Part shown: in pieces, positions 27,114 to 38,300 of the stretch
Layout: every line of letters starts with the position of its first letter
Position numbering within the stretch: the stretch's first letter is position 1
Assembly: GCA_051294375.1 (NCBI GenBank)
Contig: CM119263.1
Coordinates: forward strand, 30,443,376-30,507,375
Length of the DNA stretch: 64,000 bases
Reading direction: 5' to 3'
DNA from: Paraspadella gotoi
Taxonomy: Eukaryota; Animalia; Chaetognatha
Position numbers and translations under genes: made by a program
The notes under the pieces: model-generated
What the model saw: only the letters and a program-made list of their open reading frames with translations
Databases searched by the model: none
What the model was told of the DNA's origin: nothing

Positions 27114-29475
27114 ATGGTGGAGCAACTTACGCTCCGCGGGACTTTGACCGGGCACAACGGATGGGTGACCCAAATCGCCACGACGCCCGTTTACCCCGAC
27201 ATGATCCTCTCCTCTTCGCGGGACAGGACAATCATCATCTGGAAGTTGACCAAGGCAGGAAATTTATATTTTCATTTAGTTAAATTTTAATATTGATATT
27301 TTAATAACTTATGGATCCTTGCATAGGACGAATCCTTCTACGGAGTTCCCCATCGAAGCCTCAATGGTCACGGCCACTTCGTCTCCGACATCGTTCTCTC
27401 CACCGACGGTCAATTCGCCCTCTCGGGATCCTGGGACGACACGCTTCGACTTTGGGACTTGGCGCAGGTTCCCCCCCTTTTTTTTTCTTTATCAGCTACT
27501 TTATATTTTCCTATTCTTATGTTTATGTTTAAGTTTGTTTCAGGGTAAAACAACTCGTCGATTCGTCGATCATAAGAAAGACGTTCTCAGCGTCGCCTTC
27601 TCTGCCGATAACAGGTACGAACCACAAAACTACGATTAATTAAAAAAATTATCAAACGTAACAATTGACCAGAAATAAAGGCGAGAGTTTGGTGGCTGAA
27701 AACCAACAACCGTTCACAGCGGTCAATTGGTGCCAAAAGTCCCGGGTTCTCGCCCGTTAAGAGGGACGGGGCGCTTATCCCGTCTGTAACATTGTGATAC
27801 AGCCTGATCCGAAGCTGCTTATATTGAACGGTTCTATCACTAACTCTCTTCAAGAGATTTAAAAAACAAAGAAACTTTAAACTCTTCTCCCCCAAGACAA
27901 ATCGTGTCTGGATCTCGAGACAAATCGATAAAATTGTGGAACACGCTCGGCGTCTGTAAATACACCATCCAAGAAGAGGCTCATTCCGATTGGATCTCAT
28001 GCGTCCGGTTCTCTCCGACCAACAACAATCCCATCATTGTCTCTTGCGGATGGGACAAGCTCGTCAAAGTAAATTCCTGATGGGCGGCTAATTTAAAATC
28101 TGATGAGCTACTTCCAATCCGACATTTCGCAAAAGTCCAACAAATCATTTTAAATCATCAAATTAATTACCATATGAACGTTGTATAAATGTTTTTCTTA
28201 AACGAGTTACAAATGATTAATTTTGAGTTCCATGATTCCTTCTAAGGTTTGTTTTTCGTCAGCTTTTACTTTGATTCCGCCTCTTGTTTCTTTCACCCAA
28301 TTTCTCTGTCTCTCCCTCTTCCCCCCCAGGTGTGGAACTTGACGAACTGCAAGTTAAAAACTGACCACATCGGTCACACCGGTTTCCTTAACACTGTGAC
28401 CGTCTCTCCCGACGGTTCCCTCTGCGCCTCTGGCGGCAAAGACGGGATGGCGATGCTGTGGGATCTCCACGAGGGGAAGCACCTCTACACATTGGAAGGC
28501 GGGGAAATTATCAACGCCCTCTGCTTTTCTCCCAACAGATACTGGCTTTGCGCCGCTACGGGTAAGCAAAGATATTTTGGTGGGAAATTTACTAAATTTC
28601 GTTTTGGTCGAGAGAAAGTACGATAATGACTAATGACATGAGTCTTATTCACAGATAAGTTATAAGAGGGGCTTTTTGCCTGAGTACAAGTAGGTCAATA
28701 GGGTATATGTATATGTTACAGTATGTCACAAGGTACTTGTCATGACTAACTTTGAGAAATCTTGACTTGGCATCGATGTCAAATGATAGCTGCATAATAG
28801 TGCTTGTACTAAATATTCACGCGACGTTACAATATATAAATGAGAATGCGAAAATTGATCTCATTCAGGACCATATTAGATAATCATCTCTTATAAAGTT
28901 GTAGGTGTGGCGAATCCTAAATTCGCCTCCCGTATAGCTTGCTGAAACTCAGCTCGTCCCATTGGCTTGGACAGCTAAGTACTCGTTCACCAACCGTGAG
29001 TTCCGGGTTCAATCCCCTCACGATCACGCTGGTTAAAGTGTGATGGTGTCGGCATAAACACGCCAGTGACATTATGTGGTCACTGCAGGTCCAAAGCCCT
29101 GAGCGCCAGCTGTCGGGAGATGCGTCACACCCCAGGCATCACACATCTCCCTCCGTTGCGATATAGGTAAAGATTTCCTTTTTTTTCATCCCACTCCCCA
29201 TTTCGACCACCCTCTCCCGCTCCCCCTTCCTTCCCCTCTCCCACTCACCCCCCACTCACCCTCATCCCCCAGGTCCCTCCGTGAAAATCTGGGATCTCGA
29301 AGGAAAAGTGATCGTGGACGAATTGAAACCGGAAGTACTTTCTTCGTCGTCAAAGGCGGAACCCCCGCAGTGCATCTCCCTCGCTTGGTCCGCCGACGGA
29401 CAGACGCTCTTTTCCGGATACACGGACAACTTGATTCGAGTGTGGCAGGTTGCGCTGTCGTCGTCGCGGACGTGA
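27114..29475 (+). CDS. RACK1: Receptor for activated C kinase 1 (exons 27114-27254, 27327-27467, 27544-27614, 27897-28068, 28330-28561, 29273-29475)
   Basis: [81 protein letters not shown]. Confidence 0.97.
27690..27844 (+). mobile_element. Deleted family-A tRNA-head/twister element in RACK1 intron 3
   Basis: gttaagagggacggggcgctta..cagcctgatccgaagc matches family A; P4 3' strand deleted, UAA changed to UAU. Confidence 0.75.
28907..29160 (+). mobile_element. Family-B tRNA-head SINE-like element with twister ribozyme in RACK1 intron 5
   Basis: 5' hairpin 28909-28927, TGGCTTGGACAG (A-box-like), GGTTCAATCC (B box), twister, 3' hairpin gggagatg/catctccc. Confidence 0.8.
29028..29110 (+). ncRNA. 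Twister ribozyme, type P5 (family B), all core elements intact; predicted cleavage U29055/A29056
   Basis: gctggt-taaa-gtgt-GA-UGG-tgtcggca-UAA-acac-GC-cagtgac-(8)-gtcactg-cagg-U-CCA-AA-GC-cctg-agc-gccagc: P2 acac/gtgt, T1 CCA/UGG, T2 GC/GC, P3, P4 and P5 all pair. Confidence 0.9.
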
Positions 29476-30001
29476 GGCAGTGGGCGTGTCGCCCGGTTTA
29501 TCGTCTTGATATGTCGTCTCCCTTTCGCCAACTCTCTCTCTCTCTCTCTACCCCATTCTACACAATCCCTGACGCTTTTTCTTAACCACTGCGAATTATA
29601 CACAATTTTATACAAAGAAAATAATTAGGTAGATTTTTCTAATCTTAGCGATCTTGTTTTTTGTTGTTTTTTTATGTTTTTATGTTTTTATTTCGAATCG
29701 TGTTTTCTACCCGTTTGTTATATTTTTTCTCTAATTTAATTTAATTAACTTTGATAACAGAATTCGTTTTTTTATTTATTATTGGTTTTTTTGTTTTAAC
29801 TTTCGTTCGTTGATTCTTATGTTTTGCTCCCTTAATTTTAAGAAAATAAAACGTTTGGTGACTAAAATGAAGGTTGCCTCTGGGAGAGAAATGGCGCTGG
29901 AGCGAGTGCCCGAAATGCGCCCAAGTCTCCATGCTTGACGAGGGCCTCTGCTCAATCCCTTCAGTGCCAGACTCTCGTCTTTGCCCTTCCCGCCTCCGAT
30001 C

Positions 30002-31693
30002 ATGGGCATCACCGGCCTCCTTCCCTTTCTCAAAAAGTCGTCGCGCCACGCCCACGTCAAAGAGTTCAAAGGCGAAACCGTCGCCGTCGACACTTATTGT
30101 TGGCTGCACAAGGGGGCCTTCAGTTGCGCCGAGAAGCTCGCCAAAGGGGAACCCACGACTCAGGTTTGCCTGGAAACAGAACCGACAAGTTTAAGATCTT
30201 ATATGGACATGTTATGGCAACGGGAGGATAGCCTGTGATACCCGGGGCGCGGGGTATCTCACCAACTGGCGTAGGGGCTGCGGACCCTCAGTGACCGCCT
30301 CCTGTCACTGGCATGTTTATACCGGCACCGTCACATTTAAGCCAGAACCGGGATACCCAGGGATTGAACCCGGGACGCACGGATGGAATGAGATGATTTA
30401 GCCTGCTCAGCCATTGAGACGAGGCTGAGGACGGACAGCAGTGAGGCAGCTTTAAGTCTTGCTGCCACAATGTATAATTTTCATAACAGGCGGTTCCTTG
30501 TATTTTGATGCTAAAACTTACTGAATGAATGGATAATTTTTATATTTCTTATTTGATTATATATTACATTTAATTATTAAAATATTATTATTATTATTTT
30601 TTTTCCCAGTACGTGAGCTACTGCATGTCGTTGGTGAATCTTCTCCTCGATCACGGCCTCAAACCGATCATGGTCTTCGACGGCCGACGACTTCCGGCGA
30701 AGAAGGAGACGGAGGCGAAGAGGCGAGAGAATCGCGACGCCAATCGGAACAAAGCAGCGCAGGTGAGAGAGAGAGTGTTTGGGTCACGTGACGATTCACA
30801 TTTGGAGGTGAAATGCCTCGCTGGTCATCTCGGCTGCAGGAGGATGAAAAGGAAAAACGTGACGGTTTATTACCTCTTTCCTTTGTCTTCTTCCGTTTCT
30901 TTATCCTTTTCCTCCCCCCCCCTACCAACGCCACCCCACAGGCTCTCCGCGACGGGAACGCCTCCCTGGCGCGAATTCACTTCGAGCGCAGCATCGACGT
31001 CACTTCGCAGATGGCGCTGGAGTTGATGCGGTCCTGCCGCGCCATCGGCGTCGACTGCATCAACGCTCCGTACGAGGCCGACGCTCAACTCGCTTATCTC
31101 AACGTTACCGGTGAGGAATTTTAATTCATATTGTATTTTATTTTTGATTTAGCGAGCATCGGCATGATTAAGTTCGGTGATATTTTGAGTTCTGATAGTT
31201 ACGATAATATCTTTCTCGACCTGCAGCGAAAAGTACGGATTGCCACTTATCAATGAGAAAGCTTTTAGCATTAAGAAATAAATAAATTTAATTTAATTTA
31301 ATTCAATTTAATTATAATATTACGTGATCTTTATTGGATAAAAATGATTAATACAAATTATATTGATAAGTAATCATAATGAAAATTATAGTTTTAGTGA
31401 TCTAGAGGTACGAGAAAGTAAATATTATAAAACGGATCTATATGTCTATTAAAAGTTTGAGTCCAACAATTTAACAATGTATTCATTAACTACTATATAT
31501 TTTTCGTGAAAGGCATCGCTCAGCTCGTCATCTCCGAGGATTCAGATCTTATTCCTTTTGGCTGCGATAGAGTTCTCTTCAAACTCGACAAAGCGGGCAA
31601 CGGTATCTTGGTGGAACGAAAGGAGTTGGGGGCCTCTTTGCCACTCGATAACGGCTTCACCTTGGAGAGGTTCCGATGGGCATGCATCTTGTC

Positions 31694-31745
<52 letters not shown>

Positions 31746-34700
31746 CTGACACACACAGCGAGACAAAGATAGAGAGAGAGAGCGAGAAACAGAAGGCAGA
31801 CAATGTAAATGTTCCACCTCTGTCAGGCTGCGACTACCTGGCGTCTCTGCCTGGCATCGGCCTGGCCAAGGCTTTCAAACTCTTCCAGCGCTGCTCCTCT
31901 CCCGATCCACGTGTCGTTCTCAAGAAAATCCCCATCGTCCTCAATATGCACAAGATCAAAGTCCCGGAGGAATACGTCGAGGGTGAGATTTAGGAAAAGG
32001 GGAAAAGGGAAAAAGGGAAAAAGGGAAGGGAAGGTAGGAAATAAGAAGGGTATAAAGAAAGGCGATTTGGATGATAGAGACAAGGACGGAATATTGAGAT
32101 AAATTGCGAGATCGTGGAGTTAAGTAGGGAAAAGTAGTTTAGAAATTGGACGACAGGTTTCCCTAAAGAATCACTTGAAGATCCTGTTTTGACGCTCGTT
32201 GCGGCCGACATGGGCTTGTCCGCGCGGAAGAAAAAGTTGGACGTCCACGGAGTCACCAGCGGACGATATCGCGATCGAGGCCGGCCCCAATTATTCGGAG
32301 CAACTTTAACAACAGATTCAGTCGTGAAGAGTCAAAATTGATTTGTTTAACCATAAGTTGGAAGTTTAAATGTCACCCTTTATCTTTTTAAACTCGAAAG
32401 TTAATTGTGAATTTAACGCCTCGATTTTATGTAAAGAAACCATTGAAACTCCGTTCCTCGTCGCCGAATTTCTTTGTTGATCTATAAACTTACCAACTCG
32501 TTCCAAATTCTCTGTCGTCCTATGTCGAAACCAGTTAACCAATGAAAATCGAAAAAATGATTAGTTCGAAGCACAAACAGATCCAGAAACGTATGATGTC
32601 GGACATATTACTTATTACATATTACTAATATTACATATATTATTACTCGAGTCTTGATTGAAAGCTTGCAGGGACCTGCTCTGTCATTGTCTTGTAAGAG
32701 TGATGGAGGCCTTAAACCACCAAAGCCTTTCCAAAGTCAGGGGCAAGATAGCTTATAATATAATATGGATAATTTTATATTGGTTGTTCCAATTTCATAT
32801 TACTATAAATCCCAAAGCAACAGGCCAAGAGTTAATTAAAAAAAAAAACTCTCTTCCTGTTTTCAGGCTTCGTTCGCGCGGACCAAACCTTCCTACACCA
32901 GTTGGTCTTCGACCCGAGAACGCGGCGTCTTCTTCCTCTGACTCCGATCCCCGAGTCGATCGTCGGCGAAGACCTTCGCTTCGCCGGGGAGACGATGGAA
33001 CCGTGGAGGGCGTGGCAGTTGGCGTTGGGGAATCTCGACTGCAACTCGCTCGAGGTTGACGGGGAAAACGGAGGCAGAGACGGAAGGATCCATTTCTAAA
33101 ATCATAAATCTAAACATCGATCGTTTCTCCGCCAGATCATCTTCGACTTCGACCCCGACGACCCCGAGCGTCCTTCATCATTCTCGTCGACTCAAGTCGT
33201 CAACAAGAAATCCAAAAATCCCGCTCCTCTTCCTCCTCCTCCTCTCTCTCGATCCTCCATTTGGCACAAAGAGTTTGAACCGGGACGAGATTGGCGACGG
33301 ATAATCGCGGAGGAGATGGGAGAGGCGAAGAGGGAGGCCGAGTCAAAGGTTAATAAATTAAATACTCTTGTTTAAATAAATAAAATGATCAAAACTTAAT
33401 AATATAAATGAATAAGTTTCTTCCAGATATATTTTGATTTTTTCTCTTTGGTTTTTCGTTTTGTCTTCCATGCTCTTTTTTTTTTTTCGCTCAGGTGCCG
33501 TCTCTTTTAACAACAAATGCCAAAGCAAAGAAGTCATGGTTGGACTCCTCTAAAAAAGAAGACATCAAACGCTCCGTCCACGTCTCCTCATCCGGCGTTC
33601 CAAGCATCAAAAGTTCCTTCATCAATACTTCTCCCCGCGACGCCAAACTCCGACGTTCGGAAGGAGGAATTTCTTTAAAGCGGCGCCGCTCAGAATCAGA
33701 GGAAGACGCCGCCAAAATTTTGGCCGGCTACGGCGCCAACTCCCGCCTGGATTCATTAAAAGGCTTCGCCAAAGACGCCGGACGTAAAAAGATGAACTGG
33801 GGAGGAATTCCACCGGAAAATTCGTCGGAAGGGGAAGAACGGGTCTTGGCCGATGATCTCTCGGCAGGATCTCTCTTTAAACGACGAAAAATCGCGATAG
33901 AAAACAATACTGAACCGAAACTCATTGCGTCTCGAAGCCCCGTAGTGCCTTCGACGGTTCCTTCAGTACGGATGTCAGAGATGCCATCAGCGGTGCTGTC
34001 ATCTGCGGTCCCGTCAGCTGCGCCGGAGATCCCTACGCCCGAGACGAGTCCAGTCGACAGCGACGATGAATCCTATCAAACAAAAAACCCTTTGGTAGTT
34101 TCCGCCTCTCCTTCCCCATCTCTATCCCCATCTCTATCCCAATCCCCATCCCAAATCCGTCCCGTTCCCCCGACTGTCTTCTTCCGCAAATCCAAGATTC
34201 AGGCGGCGTCTCCGACATCCTGGCGATCCATTCAGCGTCTCCCCGAACCGGAAGTCGAGGTTCGCTCAAGATTTTTTCACCCGGCGCCGAGAAAAACGCC
34301 GGACGACGGAAGGGAAGGACCGGAAGCGCCGGGGCCTCCAGAGGCATCCGTCGAAGGACCGGACGACGCCGCGAAAGGAAAGGCCCTCGATTCGACGCCG
34401 GATTCTAACTCGACGCCGAAGAGAACTTCCTTCTTCTCATGGCGCCGCTCGAATTCCTTTTCGTCGACGGAGAAGCGAAGGACGTTTTCGTCGCCCAAGT
34501 CGCCGTCGTTGTCATCGTTTTTGAAGAATTCCCCGTCGGTCGGTCGTCCTTTCAAGTCCGTCGCCAAGAGGACGGAAAATGGGACGACGGGAGAGGGTGG
34601 AGGAAAGGAGGAAGAGGAGGAAATTAAAGATGAGAAAAAAGAGGCGGGGATCGTCGATGCGAAGGCGGAAGAAAATACCGAAAAGATAGAGATCGATCCT

Positions 34701-34970
34701 TTCCAAAAGGAAAACTTGAGAGAAACGAAAAGCGTAAAAAAAGATGGACAGAAAGACGGACAAATTCTTACCGATGAACAGAAAGAAGGACTCGAGAAAG
34801 ACTCTTCCTTCCTTTCCTCCTCGCCTTACTTCAGCAGGCCCGCAGTCGCCCCGCCTTTTGTTTTTCCCGCGAGGAAAGGAAACGCGACGACGACGAAAAT
34901 AAAGACGAATAACAAAAGGACATCGAGCAAGTCCACTCAGCCAATCAGCGCATTTTTCAAGCGGAAATGA
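30002..34970 (+). CDS. EXO1: Exonuclease 1 (exons 30002-30163, 30610-30762, 30942-31110, 31513-31695, 31827-31982, 32867-33054, 33136-33348, 33495-34970)
   Basis: [65 protein letters not shown]; RSRFF MIP-like motif and C-terminal PIP box QPISAFF. Confidence 0.96.
30266..30345 (-). ncRNA. Twister ribozyme, type P5 (family B), within element ~30209-30468 in EXO1 intron 1; predicted cleavage 30319/30318
   Basis: ctggc-ttaa-atgt-GA-CGG-tgccggta-UAA-acat-GC-cagtgac..gtcactg-aggg-U-CCG-CA-GC-ccct-ac-gccag; compensatory changes versus the 29028 copy; one conserved L4 A is C; upstream TGGCTGAGCAGG and GGTTCAATCC. Confidence 0.85.
31697..31743 (+). repeat. (GA)n microsatellite in an EXO1 intron
   Basis: Uninterrupted gagaga run. 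Confidence 0.95.
32687..32751 (+). ncRNA. Compact twister ribozyme, type P5 without extended P3 (family C), within repeat ~32649-32805; predicted cleavage U32713/A32714
   Basis: ttgtcttgt-aa-gagt-GA-UGG-aggcct-UAA-acc-AC-caaag-cctt-U-CCA-AA-GU-cagg-g-gcaagatag: T1 CCA/UGG, T2 covaried to AC/GU, 9-bp P5; one P4 mismatch. Confidence 0.75.
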
Positions 34971-35380
34971 AGTCAAATTCGAAAACTAGGACTTGCGCGC
35001 TTAGTTTATAGGAATAAACTCCCCCCAAAATAAAAGACATTCCGACTAGAACACTTTGATAGTTTTTTATTCAATGTTGTTGTTGTTGTTGATTAACTAG
35101 GGCCAGATTTTATCTTTATTTTATTAAATTTTGTTTCGTTTTAACAATGGTTTTTATTGAAAAATGTACGAAACTGAAGAAGATAGCTAGCTTAAATATA
35201 TTAAAATTTGCTGGATGGCCGAATTTAACGTTATTATTACTTCAAATACGAGATTATGTAATGATTAGCGGGCATTTTCTCTGACTATAAAGGCTGTCAA
35301 GTGTCTATTTCAATTTAACAAGACTGACACGCTCGTTCAGTTTAATTGTATTGATTAAAAAAAAATAATTATTAAAAAAA

Positions 35381-38300
35381 TCATTTATCCTTTTCGTCGG
35401 CGCCGGAAAGAGGAGCCGGAGGAAGAGGAACAGGCGTCCGATTGACTTTTGACCCCGTTCCCTCCACGTACCTTTAAATTATTGTTAATTAAATGTGGAA
35501 AGTAAGACTGATTTAAATAAATCCCCCCCCCCACTTATGGGGAAAAAAGAAATTAGAATGAAAAAAGAATCATCAGCACACTGAATAAAGAAAAAAAGCC
35601 TCGTTTCGAACTGCGATTCCCCCCCCCCTCCTTTCGTTACTGAACTCGTATCTCCTGGCGAGAAAGACGAAGATGATAAAGACGAGAAAGACAAGACCAG
35701 AGAAGAAGAAGAACTCGACCCATAAGGAGGTGAAGGCGTTGGAGGCGTAGATGATGGCATCCACCAGGTTGCCGAAGAAGATCGTCAACAGCCACATCGA
35801 CTGTGGAGAGAGAGGGGGGGAAGTAGGGCGTGGAGTTAGGCAACCCAATAAAGAAAATACGAAAGATGCAATGATGACAGCGTTTCTTCCGTTTACCTGC
35901 GCGATAGATTTCATTGAGAGCGAGGCTTGGGTGTAGGCAAACGCCAATCCTGTAATTGACAACAGGACTTCACCAGCGGTGAAGGTTATAATTTGTGGCA
36001 CCTGGAACGAATCGCTTCGTTGTTTGATAGGAAATAAAGAATTAGCGAGATCAAACGTCTCTCACTCTCTCACCTGCCAGAAAATATTAATGTAAAAGCT
36101 GTCGGCTGTCTCGATTAGGTTCTCCTTCTCTACTCCGTGTTCGTCCTTAAAGATGCTGAGGGAGTAGACTCCCCCATTGATGAGGGAAAAATATTTTTCA
36201 ATTGTCGACGTCGTCAACTTATAATGATCTGAGAGAAAGATAATGATGACAATATTGATCATATTGTGGCCACAATAGAGATTAGAAAATGTTATGGCAA
36301 CAGCCGGGTGGCCTATGATGCCCATTGGGATGGGTATCTCACAGTTGGCTTTGGGGGCTTCCGACCCTCATTGACAAATCCTGTCACTGGCGCGGTTGCC
36401 CGAGGACGGTCTCGCTGTGCCAACGCTGAGGGAAGTCGTTAGGACTGGATGGAACACAACTCCTGGGATGGTGCGTTCCCCCTCTGAGCCAATCGGATTG
36501 GCTGAACGATGATGGATGTGAGGCGGTGGGAATAAAATAATATAAAATAAAATAAAATTCTCAACAATTTTAAATTCGATAGCAATGCAATGCCCAGATG
36601 CTTAAGTCACATATCAAAATGTTAAGTAACACGCTACCAGGTCACAAAAATAACTCCCGAACCAATCATAAAACCAAAGTTGTTTGCCCTTGCCAATTCC
36701 CTTCTCCTTCTCTCTCCCATTTCCAACTTGGTTGAGTTTTAAAGACGTTCCTTTGTTTTTTGTTGTCAATGTCCAGTGGCTGTGCCCCAATTACGTCGAG
36801 ATCAAGAATTTTCGTATTTTTGCGAATGGAGAGCGACGGAGAGATTATGCTGCAAGGAGAGACACCGCTTTGGGACATTGACTTTTTGAAAAAGAAACTG
36901 CAAAAAGTAGGCTAATTAGTAATGAAATAACAATGTTCCGTCTTGCAACAAAAACAGAAAGCTAGTATCAATTGAAAAATACAAAAGACTCGCTGCAAAA
37001 CAATATTAAACTTTAAGCAACAGATTAAACAAAAAGACAAATTTAGGTCAGAACTCAGAAGGCTTTAGGATTCCATAGTTGTTCGTTGCTACATACTATA
37101 TTATCCCCCTCGAAATTAAAATTTGTGCGAAATTGTTTCAACTTGTGTGAATAGATCCCGCCTCAAACCTAATCCTTGCTCTGTTCAGCCTTTTGGGCTG
37201 CTGTATCTCCTCATTGTAATGGATGACGATGTTGTTGGGGAAAAAGACGACGACGAGCAATTCCTTCTGCCAATCAAAATCTTTGATGTTGATGGCCTTT
37301 CGCTGCAAAGGGAATTCTGCTTCCAAACCCCACGCAATATCCAGTGTTTTGCCGAAGGGCCGGGGTTTGAAGGTCCTACGTTTTCCTTTAATGAGCTGAA
37401 TTTTGAAGAGGGGTGGGTAGGTATTTTGGATGAAGAGAGATGTGATTGTTGTAAACATTCTCTAAAAGACAAATAAATACTCGAAGTGAGAAGCCAAGTA
37501 AAAGTATTCCAACTGAAAGATAAAATGTTGGATTACACTGCGGCGCAAAAAGTCAGTCTAAAATATTGAGAGCAATCAGTATTTATCAAAAAAAAGATTG
37601 TTATTTTTATTTGCTATGAGAAGCTTATAATAATAAAGTGTTGGTTAAAAAAATTCTGCGCCGATTGTTTTTAGGGAGGGGTAAGAATAATTTTTATTCA
37701 AAATCAAATTATAAAAAATTTAAAAAAAATATATAATCATAAATAACGATTTTATTGAAAAACAGCACAAATGAAATGATTTTCATAGAGTTTGTTTTAA
37801 AATTAATAAAACCGTTGTTTAATAAAAACTTACCACATCTTCATTTTATTTTTTATTTGGTGATATATTTTAATAACTCATTTAAACTTATTTAATATAC
37901 TTTAATAATAATATTTAATTATTGTTTATATATTTTTATATAATTAATGAAATAAGAAAAATTTATAATTTTTATAAAAACCTTACCTTTATTAGCACTT
38001 AAATTTAAAAGATGGTTTTAAAAAAAAGTTAGATAAATATATTTTTTACCTTTTTAAATTTTATATTCCATTATCATTATATTAATTCTATATCAATAGC
38101 GTTTGTCAGAAAAGACAGCTCTGATTTTAATGTGTTGCCATATTTCATTGTCTCATCCAATTTAAATTTTTCATGTACCGATCGATAGTTTGGAGATATA
38201 TTTTTTATAAATATTTTTTCTCGGTCCAACTAAATTTAAGGCAAAGTGGGAACTTTTTTATGTGCCACAGTGTACATTTCGTTTATCAATTGACCTGATT

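Noticed and set aside
28618-28687. Possible C/D-box snoRNA in a RACK1 intron (gtac..ATAATGA..CTGA-gtac)
   Set aside because: C box is non-consensus and I could not identify an rRNA-complementary guide; would need snoscan
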